DNA of 63,942 bases, counting the filler, from Blastocystis sp. subtype 4 (Eukaryota): the NCBI RefSeq assembly GCF_000743755.1. It is 3 parts of 3 records of this genome, joined end to end, with 100 filler letters (N's around TTAATTAATTAA, not from the genome) between each part and the next. Parts side by side here need not be neighbours in the genome. Positions count along the whole stretch, not along the records: positions 21,687 to 43,192 come from NW_014569359.1; positions 43,293 to 63,942 come from NW_014569352.1; 1 more part is not named here. One strand, written 5' to 3'. Each line of letters opens with the position of its first letter. Within the stretch, counting starts at the first letter, position 1. Shown here piece after piece: positions 41,847-55,792 of this stretch. The notes below the pieces were generated by a model. The model was not told where the DNA came from and made no database searches. It worked only from the letters and a program-made list of their open reading frames with translations. Both the position numbers and the translations under genes were made by a program.

Positions 41847-41987
41847 GAATCCGATAAGTGAGTTGTTTGTTAAGAACTCAAAACAGAACCGATTTTGGCA
41901 ATCAAGGAATAAGGCGGAACTCTCTTAATAGAAGTGTACAGAGCATTCTCTACATCTCTCTGAGAAGGCTCTCACAGTTCTTGCTAA

Positions 41988-43016
41988 ATGGGACAACTAG
42001 AAAGTGTATACATCGAAGGTATTGATGACATTGACAACGATAGCATTCTCCATGGTGATTTGACAGTGGAGCGTATTGCAAAGATTATTAAAGAGGGAGA
42101 AGTCCACAATATCGTGGTGATGTCGGGAGCAGGTATCTCAGTTTCAGCGGGTATACCTGACTTTCGGTCACCTGGGACTGGACTCTACTATAATCTCGAA
42201 AAGTTCAATTTACCAACTCCGGAGTCAATGTTTGATATTGACTATTTCCGGGAGCACCCTGATTCATTTTATTCCTTTGTTATGGTAAGTACTAATTTAG
42301 GTATTTTCATCTAGGAACTCTTTCCTGAACAGTATTTACCCACATATGCTCATTATTTCATTAAATTACTCTACAAGAAAGGTATCTTGTTGAGAAACTA
42401 TACACAGAATATTGATGGTTTGGAGCGTCAAGCCGAGATTCCCGAGAGCCGACTTGTTGAATCTCATGGAACAATGGCGACATGTTCCTGTGTAGAGTGC
42501 AAGAGGCCGCAGCGAATTGACTGGTTTAAGAAACAGATCCTGCAACGGAAGGTTCCAACCTGTAAATGTGGAGGACTTGTGAAACCAGATATTGTGTTTT
42601 TCGGTGAACCACTTCCCCAGAAGTTCCATTGGTTGTCCACAGCTGATATGGCAAGTTGTGACCTGCTGATCGTTATGGGTACATCTTTAGCCGTTCAACC
42701 CTTTGCAGGTTTGCTTAGGGAGTGGATGTGAGGTATAGGTCTTGTACACAAAGTGAAAGAGAATGTTCCTCGTTTTCTAATTAATCGTGAACCTGTGGGC
42801 CCTTTTCGGTTCTATCAGATGGACTGTTGCTTTCGGGATGTTGTTCTCTTGAATGATTGCGATAGGGGAGTTCAGAAACTTTGTGATTTGATTGGCTGGA
42901 GAAGTGAGTTAGAAGACTTGTATACAAAGGGAAGAGAGAAGCTTTTGAAGCAGCAGCAAGCTTTCTTCGAAATGAAGAAAGCAGTAGCGGAATCTGTAAC
43001 TGAACCTGTGAACTAG
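41988..43016 (+). CDS. NAD-dependent deacetylase, SIRT2/Hst2 class
   Basis: GAGISVSAGIPDFRS, YTQNIDGLE, HGTMAT, VKPDIVFFGE, GTSLAVQPFA. Confidence 0.95.
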
Positions 43017-43093
43017 TTGTTTCTGTTTCTTCCAACAAACACTACATCGCAATTGTCCCTGCGTATCACACATCTCTAGATCCCTCAACTCGT

Positions 43094-43192
43094 TTAGTTC
43101 TCTTCCTCAGCCTCACTAGCACGCTTCAGACGACGTCCATAGTTACGAGCATCACAACGAGCTTGTCTCAGTCCCATGAAAGCACGCTGCTT
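43094..43192 (-). CDS. RPL13: 60S ribosomal protein eL13, 3' fragment
   Basis: AFMGLRQARCDARNYGRRLKRASEAEEEN resembles the eL13 C-terminus; truncated by gap. Confidence 0.7.
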   Translation of the reverse strand, partial: KQRAFMGLRQARCDARNYGRRLKRASEAEEEN

Positions 43193-43292
43193 NNNNNNNN
43201 NNNNNNNNNNNNNNNNNNNNNNNNNNNNNNNNNNNNTTAATTAATTAANNNNNNNNNNNNNNNNNNNNNNNNNNNNNNNNNNNNNNNNNNNN
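43193..43292. other. Artificial contig linker N44-TTAATTAATTAA-N44
   Basis: Identical to the linker at 21587. Confidence 0.97.
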
Positions 43293-43613
43293 AATGTCTT
43301 ACTGACACATACCTGGAGGAAGGAACTTCATATTGAAGATGAGATCATACATCTCTTGAGCTGAACGCTGGCCATGCTCGTCATCCCAACCTAGATGGAA
43401 AGAACGAATGTGTTCCTTTTGGAGAGAATAGGTTCCCTCTACTACACGACGAACAGTTTGCCACCAGTCCTCCTTGCTCCCATCAGGAAGAGTACGCGAA
43501 TAGGTTCGACGATACACAAGTTCGCCCAAAGGAGCATATCCGAAGGGAGGTTGAACAGTCTTGTATTTATCAATAAACGATTCATCAAGTTTAAAACACA
43601 GGTCACAACTCAT
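43293..43613 (-). CDS. nrdJ: Class II (adenosylcobalamin-dependent, monomeric RTPR-type) ribonucleotide reductase, 5' part
   Basis: FIDKYK..PPFG..LGELVYRRTYSR..GSKEDWWQTVRRVVEGTYSLQK..SAQEMYDLIFNMKFLPPG, followed by a GTATGT donor and the gap. Confidence 0.85.
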
Positions 43614-44069
43614 ATTCCTAGATTCTACAGCGCCATTAGTTTGAATTCAAACACGACCCTCATACACATATAGAACCTTGTCCTACCTATGAGAAGAAAT
43701 GTATTAAACAATTTCTGAATGATAGGCGCCTATATTGGCGGGAATGGAATTGCGCGCTAGAATGACTGCGGTTTAAATAAGGATTAATTGCAGTATAAAT
43801 CAAGAAGGTAAAACGAAACCGCATATCTAGAGAATTGTACATTTCATTTATTTTGTTGTTCCTTGATTTGTTATGAAAGGAAGATAGAGCGATAGAGAAC
43901 AGTGATAGGGATTGATACACAAGCTGATTCTCACATTCAACTAAAGGATCGATTCTGTGACTTTGAAGACACATTCGTAATAGTCTCTTTGTTCCACATT
44001 TATCTGTACTAACGTTGTTTTTCCTTTTTCTTCCTCGTTGTATTTTAGTTTTGCTTGAGGATTACGAAA

Positions 44070-44740
44070 ATGGAAGAAAAGGAGACTCCTACTGAGATTC
44101 ATTCGGATGTGGTATCTGTTAAAGAACCTGAAGAGAAACCATCCATGTGGTATCGTTTGACACATATAGGTTTGATATGAGTGAAGTTGGCTGATCTTGG
44201 TAGATTCCTTTCGTCAGAACTTAATATTGGCACTCTGGGGTGGTGGTATTTTCTGCTATTTAGCTGTGATACGTAGGTTGTGTTGGAGCTGCTGCTGGAT
44301 ACACAGTGTCTGTACTGAAGGGAGCTCCCATTCAATTATATATGACATCCATGACAATGACATTTGGTGTAGGAAGTATGGTGTTTTATGGCTCCTATCA
44401 TTACTTGCGGAAGGGAATGGGAGATTCTATCTGGTCATGGGCAATTTCAGGAGCTACAACAGGTATTGTGGGTGGTTTATTATCAAATCCTCGTTATCTT
44501 CCGGTAACAACTCTTTGCTTTACAGGATTAGGTGTTCTAGGGTACTTTGTAGGGTTTTCTCATTCTGCTGATGTTTAGACATATTTGGCTGGTAATCGTT
44601 ATTATCGTAAGAAGAGTTTGCGGCTAAAGGAGGAATCTGGTGTGATAACAGAGGAGGAGAGGCAACAGATAGAGGATATGAAACTATTTAAGAAGGAGAA
44701 TCTCCAGAAGATTGTCTCGTTTAAGATTGGCAAAGAGTAA
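44070..44740 (+). CDS. Tim17/Tim22/Tim23-family (possibly NDUFA11-like) membrane protein
   Basis: Gly-rich TMs, LRKGMGDSIWSWAISGATTGIVGG; 3 introns; TAA 44738-44740 then TGTTTGTT at 44743. Confidence 0.65.
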
Positions 44741-44754
44741 GGTGTTTGTTCAAG

Positions 44755-47123
44755 TTACAGAATCGTATAATGGAGGACCTGGAAAAGCCTATAAGAGGAT
44801 TGATAGGAAACATATCAAAGTTGCATTTCAAATCCATACGAATACCCCACCAAGGCTACATATTGATAAAAGAGAGAGACTAGATTCACAATATTGTGAT
44901 CGGTATCACTCTTTGCTTCAATAGCCTCATTGTACATGAGCATATATAATTGATTATTCATCCGTACACTGTCAGCGATACGTTGAAGGGCTGCAACCAG
45001 ATAAATGAGATGTTTTTGAATATATGCGATAACCGCGGAATTCTTCAATTCAAATACTTTGGAATAGAACTGGAGAATTGCTACAGTCATTTCCAAATCA
45101 AAATATGAAATCTTCTCTCCAGTTCTATTTCTCATTCCAATCACACATTCTTACGAGAATAACATATCCATCAGGACTCGCGACAGAATCTTTAATTCTC
45201 GTTGTGTCATCATCGAGGTAAGATCACTCTGCATTGAAAGTGTCCGTAGCAACAGTGAACACATAATACTCTTGAACGAAGTGTGACGCATGGCTGCATA
45301 ATGAGCCAGACGATCTTGAGATGAATGCACATTCATTGCCAAAAGCTCCTGGATTTCCCGTGAATACTGGAGTGTAGAGAGAGAGAAATGGAAGTCTGTG
45401 ATTTGAGACACATTAGCAACCACAGGACCGCGCATCAGTAGTGGTTTACCTGTGTCTGTAAACGATGTGAAGTGAGAGGTCACTTCCTTCTCATTGAGAG
45501 AATGCATCTCTGGCCACGAGTCCACACAACTCTCAAGATAGAAACGGAAGGCAGAAATGAAGAAAGCAAGACTAGTGATCAGAGTGCAACGACAAACACA
45601 CTTGCACGATTCATCCAACGAATCAATAAATCGAGTCATTAGCTGAACAACGGGTGAGGTGGAGGTGAGGAAGAAGGCTCCGTCGGCTTCCTGGTTGTTT
45701 CGGAGTTGGACGAACATGACAGTATGAATCTCTGCCTGTAAGATGAGGGAAGTGATAGCTGCAAATGGCTTTAGCATGGAATAGGAGTAACGACAGATAG
45801 GAACATGGAATGATTTGAGAGGCATCTCGTTCACTAACAAGGAGAAAAGAGTCATTGATGACTGCTTCGTCTACAATCACAGAGAGAGAACATGCCAACG
45901 CTTGTGAAATTCGAGAGAACCAGAGAGATGGCAGTATCACAACAACACATGAAACGCCATTGAGGTGAATAGACAAGAGGATAAGAATAATAAGGGTAAT
46001 TCTGGCACAAAACAATATATCTAGAGTCAAATAAGTGATGATGAGATTACTGGATCATAGAGGCTCCAATTAAAGGGAAACTATGTCGAATCACAGTAAC
46101 CTTTTCAGATTCGATTGGATCAGCAATATCCACGGGAATAGTGGGATCTAGAGATAAGAGGAATAAGAGATTTGGACCCATGATAGCAAAGAAAGGAATC
46201 TGCAGCCGATTCATGAATGACATGATCCGAGTTCGACTCGTACTACGCTTCAGGAAGATACCATTGTCAAAAACACTTTGAAGAAGTGTTAACAAATACT
46301 TCATCATCCCATATCGCTAGACATGATCAACGTACTTCACTCACACCATAGCAACGGTTATCTCTTCTGGTGGGGACTGATAGATGAGACGGAGGAATTC
46401 AAGAGCTAAATATACCATGGCTTCTAGGAATGAATGTACCTCTTCATTCCCACCTTCATCGATGGCAGATTCTTTTGTTAGAATGAGTAGAATAGGATCA
46501 TAAACTGACATGAACAATCTCTCGCGAACAGGAGACTTGTATTCACAGATCACTACCAATATCAATATCCAATCAATTCTACTTCTTGCAGCAAGATGCA
46601 CGAACAATTCCTGTTGGATGACACTGTAATTCTTGTCATAACATTCGAAATACTATTCAGTCATTCGTACTTTCCACTCCTACTAAAATTAAAGGGGATA
46701 CCGAACTTCTCTTTACAGCATCCAAAGTACTTTCGATAAACTAGACTTATAGAATATCAATACATCCAACCCTAAGAACCAAATCGTAATACTCTCCTTT
46801 GGATCGGACCGTTAAAATGACGGTTGCGAGAACATCACCATATTTCGGCACGCCCTAGCTAATGAAATCACTTCCCAAGGCATTACCTCCCGAAGAGAAT
46901 CCATATTGGGGTCACAAAATTGTTCTATAGAGTTGATCAGAGTTACGTCTTCACTATTCTGATTTCGAAGTGCTTCTACTACTGAAGCTCCAACTTCCTA
47001 TTCATCAGAATTACTTCTAGGTATAACCCTGAACTTTTTGACATTGGCAATGTCTTCTTCAGTTTCTTCCGAGATATCATCATCGTCATCAAAGAGTTTC
47101 AATTTGATATCGACATAGTGCAT
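44755..47123 (-). CDS. Hypothetical helical protein, multi-exon
   Basis: Chain of minus-strand ORFs separated by ~30 nt GT-AG introns; no family recognised. Confidence 0.5.
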
Positions 47124-47156
47124 CTTAATAAAAGATGAAATGGAGAAAAGGAAAAG

Positions 47157-47227
47157 TGCAATAGCCGGGAATCGAACCCGGGCCTGATCCGTGGCAGGGA
47201 CCTATCTTACCACTTGACTACTATTGC
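47157..47227 (-). tRNA. tRNA-Gly (GCC)
   Basis: GCAATAG/CTATTGC acceptor stem, CT-GCC-AC loop, GGTTCGATTCC. Confidence 0.95.
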
Positions 47228-47269
47228 TCCATTTTTCTTTTTCCCATAATTCTTAAAAAAACAAACACT

Positions 47270-47978
47270 TTACTTCTTGTGTGATTGAACACCCAATTTA
47301 TGCTTCATAAATGACCCTGAATCCACTCGCTTCGTTCCTTTTCCGTAAAAATGTGATCGTTGGAACTCCAAAATCGAAGGGTTGATTTCTTTGCCCACTC
47401 GAACTCGTGTATCCTTTGCCAACGAGACCACTTTGAATCCTTTTCTACAATAATAAACTCCAGCCGTCACCTACACTTCTTTTTCAATACTTTCGGTCAG
47501 GTTCTTACTCTTTGTGGTCAGTTGGATGCGTTTACTCTCAGGAACGACATTATCTGCTGTACTTTCTGCTGAAAGAGCATTTCTACTCATGACAAATCGA
47601 ATCACTCCCAAATACGAGTTTTCAGCCAATAACTGTAATGTGTCTGCATCGAGTTCATTATCTACCTTTGTGGTACGTTGTTTTCTCTTTCTCCGTTTTG
47701 ACCTACAACTCAACCTACCGATCCATCCTCTACTCAACTGCAGCACGTTTCTGTACTTCATATAACGCCATTGTTCGGCTTTTCAGTCCTGAGGTACTGA
47801 CTTCTTCAGGAGCGTCATCGCTATCTTCTTCTGATGATTCTAGAGTCCTCAGTGGTATCTGAGTGTGTCTTTCGTCCTCAGAATACTCTTCATTCTCTTC
47901 TCTATCCATGGTGTCGTTCTCCTGTTCTATAGGCGGAATCACTCCATCTTCATCTCCAAGAAGAGTTCTCTTTCCCAT
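47270..47978 (-). CDS. NOL7/Utp16-like nucleolar protein
   Basis: SDDAPEEVS acidic motif and C-terminal EFQRSHFYGKGTKR resembling the NUC129 domain. Confidence 0.5.
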
Positions 47979-48151
47979 GAGAGCGATTTGAAGAAGTTAT
48001 GGAACAAAATGTGTCTAACCAAGCAACCATTTTGCATATCATTTATTTTCACTGATGATACAAAATACGTTCATCCTTTCATTGTTGGTATTCACACAAT
48101 TTGCTTTGCACTCTGCAAATTCCCTTTGATTTTTAATCTGTAGAATTCAAT

Positions 48152-48896
48152 ATGGAAGTTGACATGGATATGAACGATGATGAAGTGGTTCCTATGCCAC
48201 TCCCTCAAACACATCAGCAATCCGCCGAGCAGGCTGCTCTCGTTCCAAAACATACAATCTACATTCGGAATTTGAATTATAAGATGGAGATGAATGAGAT
48301 GCGAAAGGCATTGTATGCTGAGTTTTGCAAATTCGGGAAAATCCTGGATATTGTTGTTGGTGTCAAGCGATTCGCCATTAAAGGTCAAGCCTGGGTGATT
48401 TTCGATCGTATAGAAGATGCCACAGCTGCTCTTCAAGAAATGAACGGTAAAGTCATCCTCAACCGTCCTGTAACGATTGCTTATGCAAAAGTGGAATCTG
48501 ATCTGATTCTGAAGCGAGAAGGTCGATTTGTTTATCAAAAGCGGACATTCGAGTCTTATGCTGATAAACTGGCCAAGGAAGCAGAGGAGGATGCAAGTGG
48601 TCGGATGGCTGCTGTAAGACAATATATAATGAATTCATTTGTAGTCACGTATTCACAACAACCCACCTAACAACACATTGCTTCTATTCGATCTTCCTGC
48701 TACTATCACGGATGCAGAGTTGGTACCGATTTTCAAACTGTATACTGGCTATCGTGAGTTGCGAATTGTTCCTGGAGGTCGTGGTATTGCCTTCGTGGAG
48801 TTCGATTCTGTACGTAACGCTGGCGTTTGTTTAAGTGCCATTAAGGGAATGGATCTCCCTTCAGGCGACAGACTCTATGCTTCCTATGCTAAGTAG
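48152..48896 (+). CDS. U1A/U2B'' snRNP protein (two RRMs)
   Basis: HTIYIRNLN, KGQAWVIF, AYAKVESD; second RRM ELRIVPGGRGIAFVEF. Confidence 0.9.
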
Positions 48897-48960
48897 ATTG
48901 TTTGTTCAACAAAGGCAAAGAGGGATTAATCTGTTTTTCACATCGTTTCTCCTGCAGTAT

Positions 48961-49326
48961 TTATTTCTTTGGTCTCACAGCGCATCCAGCAACAATGCGG
49001 GCCTTTCCTCCAGTAGGAGTGCAGAGCAGAGCGTTGCAACTACAGATTACCTTTTGACAGCACCTATCTACTTATCACAAACCACAACAGACTGAGCATG
49101 ACTGAAGACGGTAGTGCTACAAATATCAAGACCAACGAACAATGCTGTACATGTTGAAGCAACCAGGGCATCTGACATCCATGAAATAGCTGTTAGGAGT
49201 CTGAACCAGTCTCTTCAGCTTGTGCTTTTGAGCCTCTTCCTCGGCAGAAGGATAACGGAGATCGTTGACCTATACAACAGTTAGATCCACTTCAAGTTTG
49301 CAGAATGATCGTTTCACCCTTACCAT
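48961..49326 (-). CDS. RPS27: 40S ribosomal protein eS27
   Basis: [45 protein letters not shown]; 3 introns; absent from the ORF track. Confidence 0.93.
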
Positions 49327-49457
49327 ATTTAAATGTTCAAAGGAAATAGATTATCCCAGACTAATACTGTTTATGGTGAAAGAATTGATGAGGTCGTTTT
49401 TTCTACCTAGCAATAGATTTTTCTACTTCTCTCAACAAACAACGAAACTAAACGAAT

Positions 49458-50096
49458 CTACGCATTTGATCTCTTCTTCGAACCCTTTTCCACCTTCTTG
49501 TCTGATTGGGAATCGATGTAAACATTCAATCCCCACTCTTTGGCTAAAACAATCAAATCCTGCTCCATCTTTATTCCATTTTCACCATCAGCATAATACT
49601 TCACATCCACATCCAATCGTCTATCTCTCAAACACTCTCAATATTGTTACTTGAAGCCCAATACGTCGTGATACAAGTGATAGGCTGCATAATTCGTCTC
49701 GCGAACATTCAATGTGCATCGTTCCAAATGATAGACTTCGATCATCTTGCGTTGTACCTGACGCATCAACTTCTGTGCTATACCCATTCTTCTGTAAGAA
49801 CGGCTTACTGCCACTGAAGTGATGTTTCCCACCTTCGGAATGTCTTCATCACTATCCTTTCAATCCATTTACAATACAAACTACACTTTACCGAGAACAT
49901 AGCCCACAATCTCTCCTCTGTCATTCACAGCCACAAATGATAGCTCAGGAGACGAAAGAATATGGAAATAGTAATACTTCATTGTATAATTCTCCGGAAG
50001 CGACAACAGATTCTGAGTTTGGATCAAAATGAGATCTTCCGTCTATAAATCATTCGAGCACAATTTGAATACCGTAAATTGACGAATCGAAGCCAT
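49458..50096 (-). CDS. NAA10: N-terminal acetyltransferase NatA catalytic subunit
   Basis: NLLSLPENYTMKYYYFH, GEIVGYVL, GNITSVAVSRSYRRMGIAQKLM, KYYADGE. Confidence 0.92.
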
Positions 50097-50305
50097 TTGA
50101 GAGCGAGATTATGCATCAAAAACCATCTTTTCGATTTGACTGTTCTCAATATCATTTGCTTGTCTTGTACATCCTTCTGGGAACTGCTTCAAGATCCACC
50201 ATCTGTTTTGCGACATCCCCAATTAGGGCCTTCTTTTGCGCCTGCCAAAGAAGTTCAAATCGTTCGTTTTCTGAGATATATCGATAGCAATTTGCATTCA
50301 GTGCG

Positions 50306-53300
50306 ATGATGAGTGTGCGTTGGTGCAATTTGTTACGGTTATTTCTTTGTACCATGTTGATCTGTTGTTCTCTTTATGAAGCATTTAGTTTTAGATGTAG
50401 CTGATTCTCTCTGTCTCAAAAGTGAACAGCAGATACCTGTAACTATTTATGCAATCAGTCCTTTCCCTATGGAGGGACTAACATATCACATAGGAGATGT
50501 TACCCTATCTTCTGACTTTGTGTACTATAATGGAGGAGATGATTTAAATGGGGAGTCGGAATTCACGAAGACTGTTTGTATCTTGGAGAATGACCAAATG
50601 ACCTATCGTCTTACTGTGACAAGGTGGGCAAACTAGATTTCTTTCATTACGTAGTTTACATCCACTCCAACATGATGTTGAGATTGCTCTTTTTTCGGGT
50701 TATTCTTGTGAACCGGCTACAATGCGTATCAAAATCAAAATGCAGCATTCCCAGTCCGTATCTACGATCAAGGGTCAGTTTTCTAGTTGGGTCAACTAGT
50801 TTCTTTAATTGTAGTTCCGCATGTTGTCTGTTCCAATGGAAGACAGTACTCACTTTTCAAACACAATACTGTTCAATCCAATCTGGAATCTGTCGCAGTT
50901 TGGGGTTATCTTCCAGGAACCGAAATCAAGAAATTGCTCTTATCAACTCCCATCAATACAGATTATGTAAGTACAATGATTGATATCTGCGTTCCTCACA
51001 AATTGGAGAATCTTCAATTTAAAATGAAATCAGCCAATGGGAAATCCTGGTCCTTTGGGTCCTATTTGACAATCTTTGATTTCATTTCCAATATTGGCTT
51101 ACTCACAACCGCTTTAACAGAACCAGGTGAAATGACTCTTTCATTTCCCAGTCGAACTCTTCTGTGTGAATCATCATTAGATCAAGTGGCTACAATCCCA
51201 CTTCATATTACTGTGAACGTCCCTTCATACTGGGATCGTGTGTTTATTAGTATTTGGTGTTCATATAACGGTTACGATATGATGGTGGGTGTTCTCTACA
51301 ATCCCTTCCCATACTACCAATATCTCATTCGTACTGTGAATGTTCCTCAGTCTTCGGATGAACACTACACTGTTCACTTCCATAACTTCTATTCGGTTTC
51401 ACTTCCTACTGCGGTTACACTCGGGATTCAGGTTCGAGATCGACTTGTAGGACAGTTCTCCTACACCAGTGAGAAGGAATCAGTGTTCCCCCTCTGTAAT
51501 TTAGGCTCATGGATATCATTTCTAGGGACGTCGATCTTCTGTCCGGCTGAAGTGTTCCGTGATGTGTCGTACCCACTTACTCATATTGATGCAGTTGCTG
51601 AGGTCCTCTGTGATGACAATACAGTCGGATATCGTCGACAGTGTGATTCTTGGGGTGTGTGGAAAGAACCCGAGGGCCCAGGATGTCGTTGTCCGAGGGA
51701 GGAGGATAGCTCAGGACGTGTGTGGGAGTCAGCTGTAGGCGGTTCTCTCCAGTCACAGACTTGTGGTGTAGCAGAACGAGGAACTGTTCAACGTGCATGT
51801 GATGTGCTAGGTTCATGGAAGAATGTACGAAGTCACTGTGTGCGTCGCGTGTGTGCGGATACCTGGATGGATGGTATCTTTCTTGCCTCTCTCCCAGTAA
51901 ATAGTTCACATACTCTCGCCTGTACCTATGGCCAAGGTGAGTATCAGTTCTATTGTACTCCTCATGAACGATGGATATTCATGGGATCTACTTGTGACTG
52001 TGATGCTCTTCTTGATGAGTATGGGTATCAGTGGCCGCCTTCTCCAGCTAACGGTACTCATTCTCTACCTTGTACTGAAGGGTTCAGTGGAGTGGTGAAA
52101 CGCCGCTGTGGTGTTGATGGGAAGTGGGAGAATATTTCACAACAGTGTACACAGAAGATATGTCCTTCGATTCAAGAGCGGTACGTTACCTATCCTGCGA
52201 CTGTTGTCAACACAGTAGCAATTATTCCTTGTCCTGCTCCTTTCTCTGGAACCATTCAACGTGTCTGTGGACCTGATGAGCAATGGGGCAGGATTCTCGA
52301 CAACTGTATGCCTCCCAGTTGCGAAGGACTTATTGTGGATCGTGATCGACACGGGTGTGTCCTTCTGGATGCTGTGGAGCGTCAGCCAGAAGAGCAACTT
52401 CAGGTGACAGTCCTTCCAACTCCACCAGGATTGGCACCAGTATTCAATGCCACACTCCCAGCAACTGTGTGTGGCCTGGAGACCAACATTCCTTACGAGA
52501 TTTGGTTGCAGCGAATGGTTCCATTTCCACTAGTATGTGTACTGGAGAATGTCTACAGTCGTCAGCGATGTGAAATGATGACTGCTCCTGTTCTTAGAGA
52601 ACGTGTTGAGGACGAGAATGGATATATGGCCATCCGTGTCCTTGTCGAACTTCCTTTCTGTTTCGACCAGCGGATTCAAGCCATCCAAGTACGGATTGAA
52701 TGTGTCCAGGCGTGTTCTGGAGAGAATCCTAAGATTCTGTCTCATTCTTGTACTGAGGGAAAGGCATGCCAACCCGGATCCATCATCGTCATCTCCTCCT
52801 TTAGCAATCTTCTGGCTACCAGTACCTACAGTGTTTCTACACGAGCTCTTCCTGTGAAGACGACAATTGCTACTGTGTCACAATGGTCTCCTGCTGTTAT
52901 TGTGCAACCAGTTCAGCAACTCATTGCTGTACAGCCTCAAGTGACCGTTGTTCCCAAATCCTCTCACAGTGTGAAGTTGTTGTGGTCCCTCTCCAATGCA
53001 GCTGCTTCCATTCCATTCACGAACTTCATTCTCCATATCTTTGTGAGTTCGCCTCAAGATCACACGACTGATACTCGTTACCTCACCTACATCGACTCTC
53101 AGCCTCTCTGTTCAGGTCAAGAGTTATGTCGTCGTCGTAGTATTGTGGTACCTGTCACCGACACAGGTCTTCGGTATGTCTATGTGTTGGAGAGTGAGCC
53201 TGTTTATGCTACTGGTCTCTTGCTGCGCAATGGAACAGCCACCTACATTGTACCTGCTGCTCCTTCTGTGCGTAGTATTGTCACAAATTTCGATACGTAT

Positions 53301-55180
53301 GTGAATGTGACATTTTTAGAGGCAAATATGGACCTATTATTGGAATGCACACTTCTTGATGCTCAATCTCATTCTCTCACAACCTTCACTCTCTATGTGG
53401 ACTATGATGAAGTTGTCTCTCAAATAATTGGTGACCTTGTGTCTCTTACTGAGTACTCACTTCGCTGTTCTGTTCGAGATGGCTTCAAAACTCTTCGAGA
53501 ATTCAGTTTGGCATTACGACCAGTAGCTCTAACTCCAATTGTTGTCAGCATTAACATTACTCAAAGTACTTTCACTCATGTGGAAGCTACACTCAGTGCC
53601 AACAAGCAAGGGACCTTCTTCTGTGTGGCTGCTAATAGTCGTTCACCTACCGAACTGTCCTGGTTAACTCCAGCTATGATTGATAGACAAGGATTTAGGA
53701 AGGAGTATAATGCGCCTCTTCTTCCTTCTGATACATTCATTCCATTGAATGAGGTATACAGTGAGGATAGGAGTTACGATATGAAGGTATTCGTTGTGTG
53801 TGATTTTGTTACTACTCATGGAAATGGATTACAGGCATCTCAATTATTGAAGGCTCAAGCAGCTGCTTCTCAAGAGGAATACCATCCAAGGATCATAGCA
53901 ACTGTTCCTCCACCTCACTATGAGGGTGTGTATTCTCATGCCAATCTCACATTGACTTTCAGTACTACGATTCATTTGCATCGAGGACTACAGTATTACT
54001 TCGTCTTGGAGCCATTGGATCGGTTCACACCATATCTAACTCAGCGACCAGAAGCTTTCCGTGAGCCTTGTCCCTATACTGATGCTTCAGGCCTTACTTG
54101 TGAGGGATATGAGGATACGTATCGATATTCTATCAGTCGTATCCGCTCCGAAGATTGTATTGTAGATGGGGCACGATTGATCCTTCCTCTACCTCAGCTT
54201 GAGTCCCAACTTCCCTATGGAGTTCGTATGTCATTGCCAGACATGATTATTGACCAGCGAGCACGTACAGAACTGGAAGCAACGGATCTAGAACAGGGGA
54301 GGTATTTGTATACCTTCATTTCTATGACCTCATCAGAACGAGTATTTGCTTCTCTGATACAGCCTTATCAGAGTTGGAATGCATCATTGGATACACTTCT
54401 GGAGGTTCGTTACAGTGGACAAGGATTTGTCACGAGTAATGGCTCCATCATTCTTCGACCTATCTTTGGAGGAGTTGGTGTTTCGATTCCTATCAACTCA
54501 GCGGGAGTTTCTGTGCGTCGGGATCAAGAGACGTTTACCACGGTTCTGATTCAACCTCAGCGGTATATGAAGCTGGAGCCGTGTATGACATATGAATTGT
54601 ATCTCCCTGCAAATCTATGGAAGCATCAGATGAAGGAGTCTCCTGGTATAGAGAGGTTCTTCTTCCGAACGGTGGATAGTTGGATTTGATTCTGGACGTT
54701 ATTTGTAGAGACTACTCCTCCAGTTCAGATTTCCATTCAGCCATCTATGGATATGGCTCTTCCTCGTAAGACTGCGATTGAAGTCGAATTCGATCAGCCT
54801 GTGATAGTACATACAGGAGAGATTCATTTAGAAGTGAGCGATGTGTTAACCCATCGATTGTTGTATGGCGAGTGGAATATTCATTCATTTCTAATGATGC
54901 GACAGACTGCCAATCCATTTGTCGTATTCATTCATATTCCTGACTATGCCTTTGTACCATTTGCATTCTATTCAGTAGTAAATTGTGTGAAGGATGTAAT
55001 TCTAGATTACTTGGAACGCTACTATGATTCGTTCTCGTCATGATGTCGCTGCCAAGTTCACTAGTTTGAATTTTCAGAGTGATGCCAGTTCATGCATCAT
55101 GGGAAACATGGAATCGCGTTTACCCGTTTATTGCCAATACTATGGAACTAGTGGTGACTGCTTTTGTCAAAACATCTTTT
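50306..55180 (+). CDS. Large Cys-rich extracellular protein with HormR-like repeats, FN3-like and Ig-like (Big_5-type) modules
   Basis: About five C..G..G..R.C..G.W..C repeats (51540-52320), beta-rich modules, IIATVPP..LTLTFS and IEVEFDQPV. Signal-like start 50306 inferred through an intron. End is poly(A) T55180 or TGA 55233. Confidence 0.65.
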
Positions 55181-55184
55181 CGTG

Positions 55185-55200
55185 TGTTTGTGAACAAACA
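55185..55200. terminator. Bidirectional polyadenylation element TGTTTGTG-AACAAACA
   Basis: Inverted repeat between the convergent Cys-rich gene and H3. Confidence 0.65.
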
Positions 55201-55239
55201 GAAAGTATGGTATTAAAAAATACCAGAGAGTGACCACGC

Positions 55240-55622
<383 letters not shown>

Positions 55623-55792
55623 TTCACTTGAATGAATAAAGAAATATATGTGAATCTATTTCACCTAATCGATCCATAGCATTCTACAGATATGATTGGA
55701 CTGTTTCTGACTATGACCCCTTTTGTCCAATAGAATACCAATATTTCGTAGAAACGATTTTTGTTGGCATCAAACAGAATTTTGTTCACTTC

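Noticed and set aside
50152..50355. 67 aa minus-strand ORF
   Set aside because: No family motif or 3' element, and it overlaps the inferred first exon of the Cys-rich gene.
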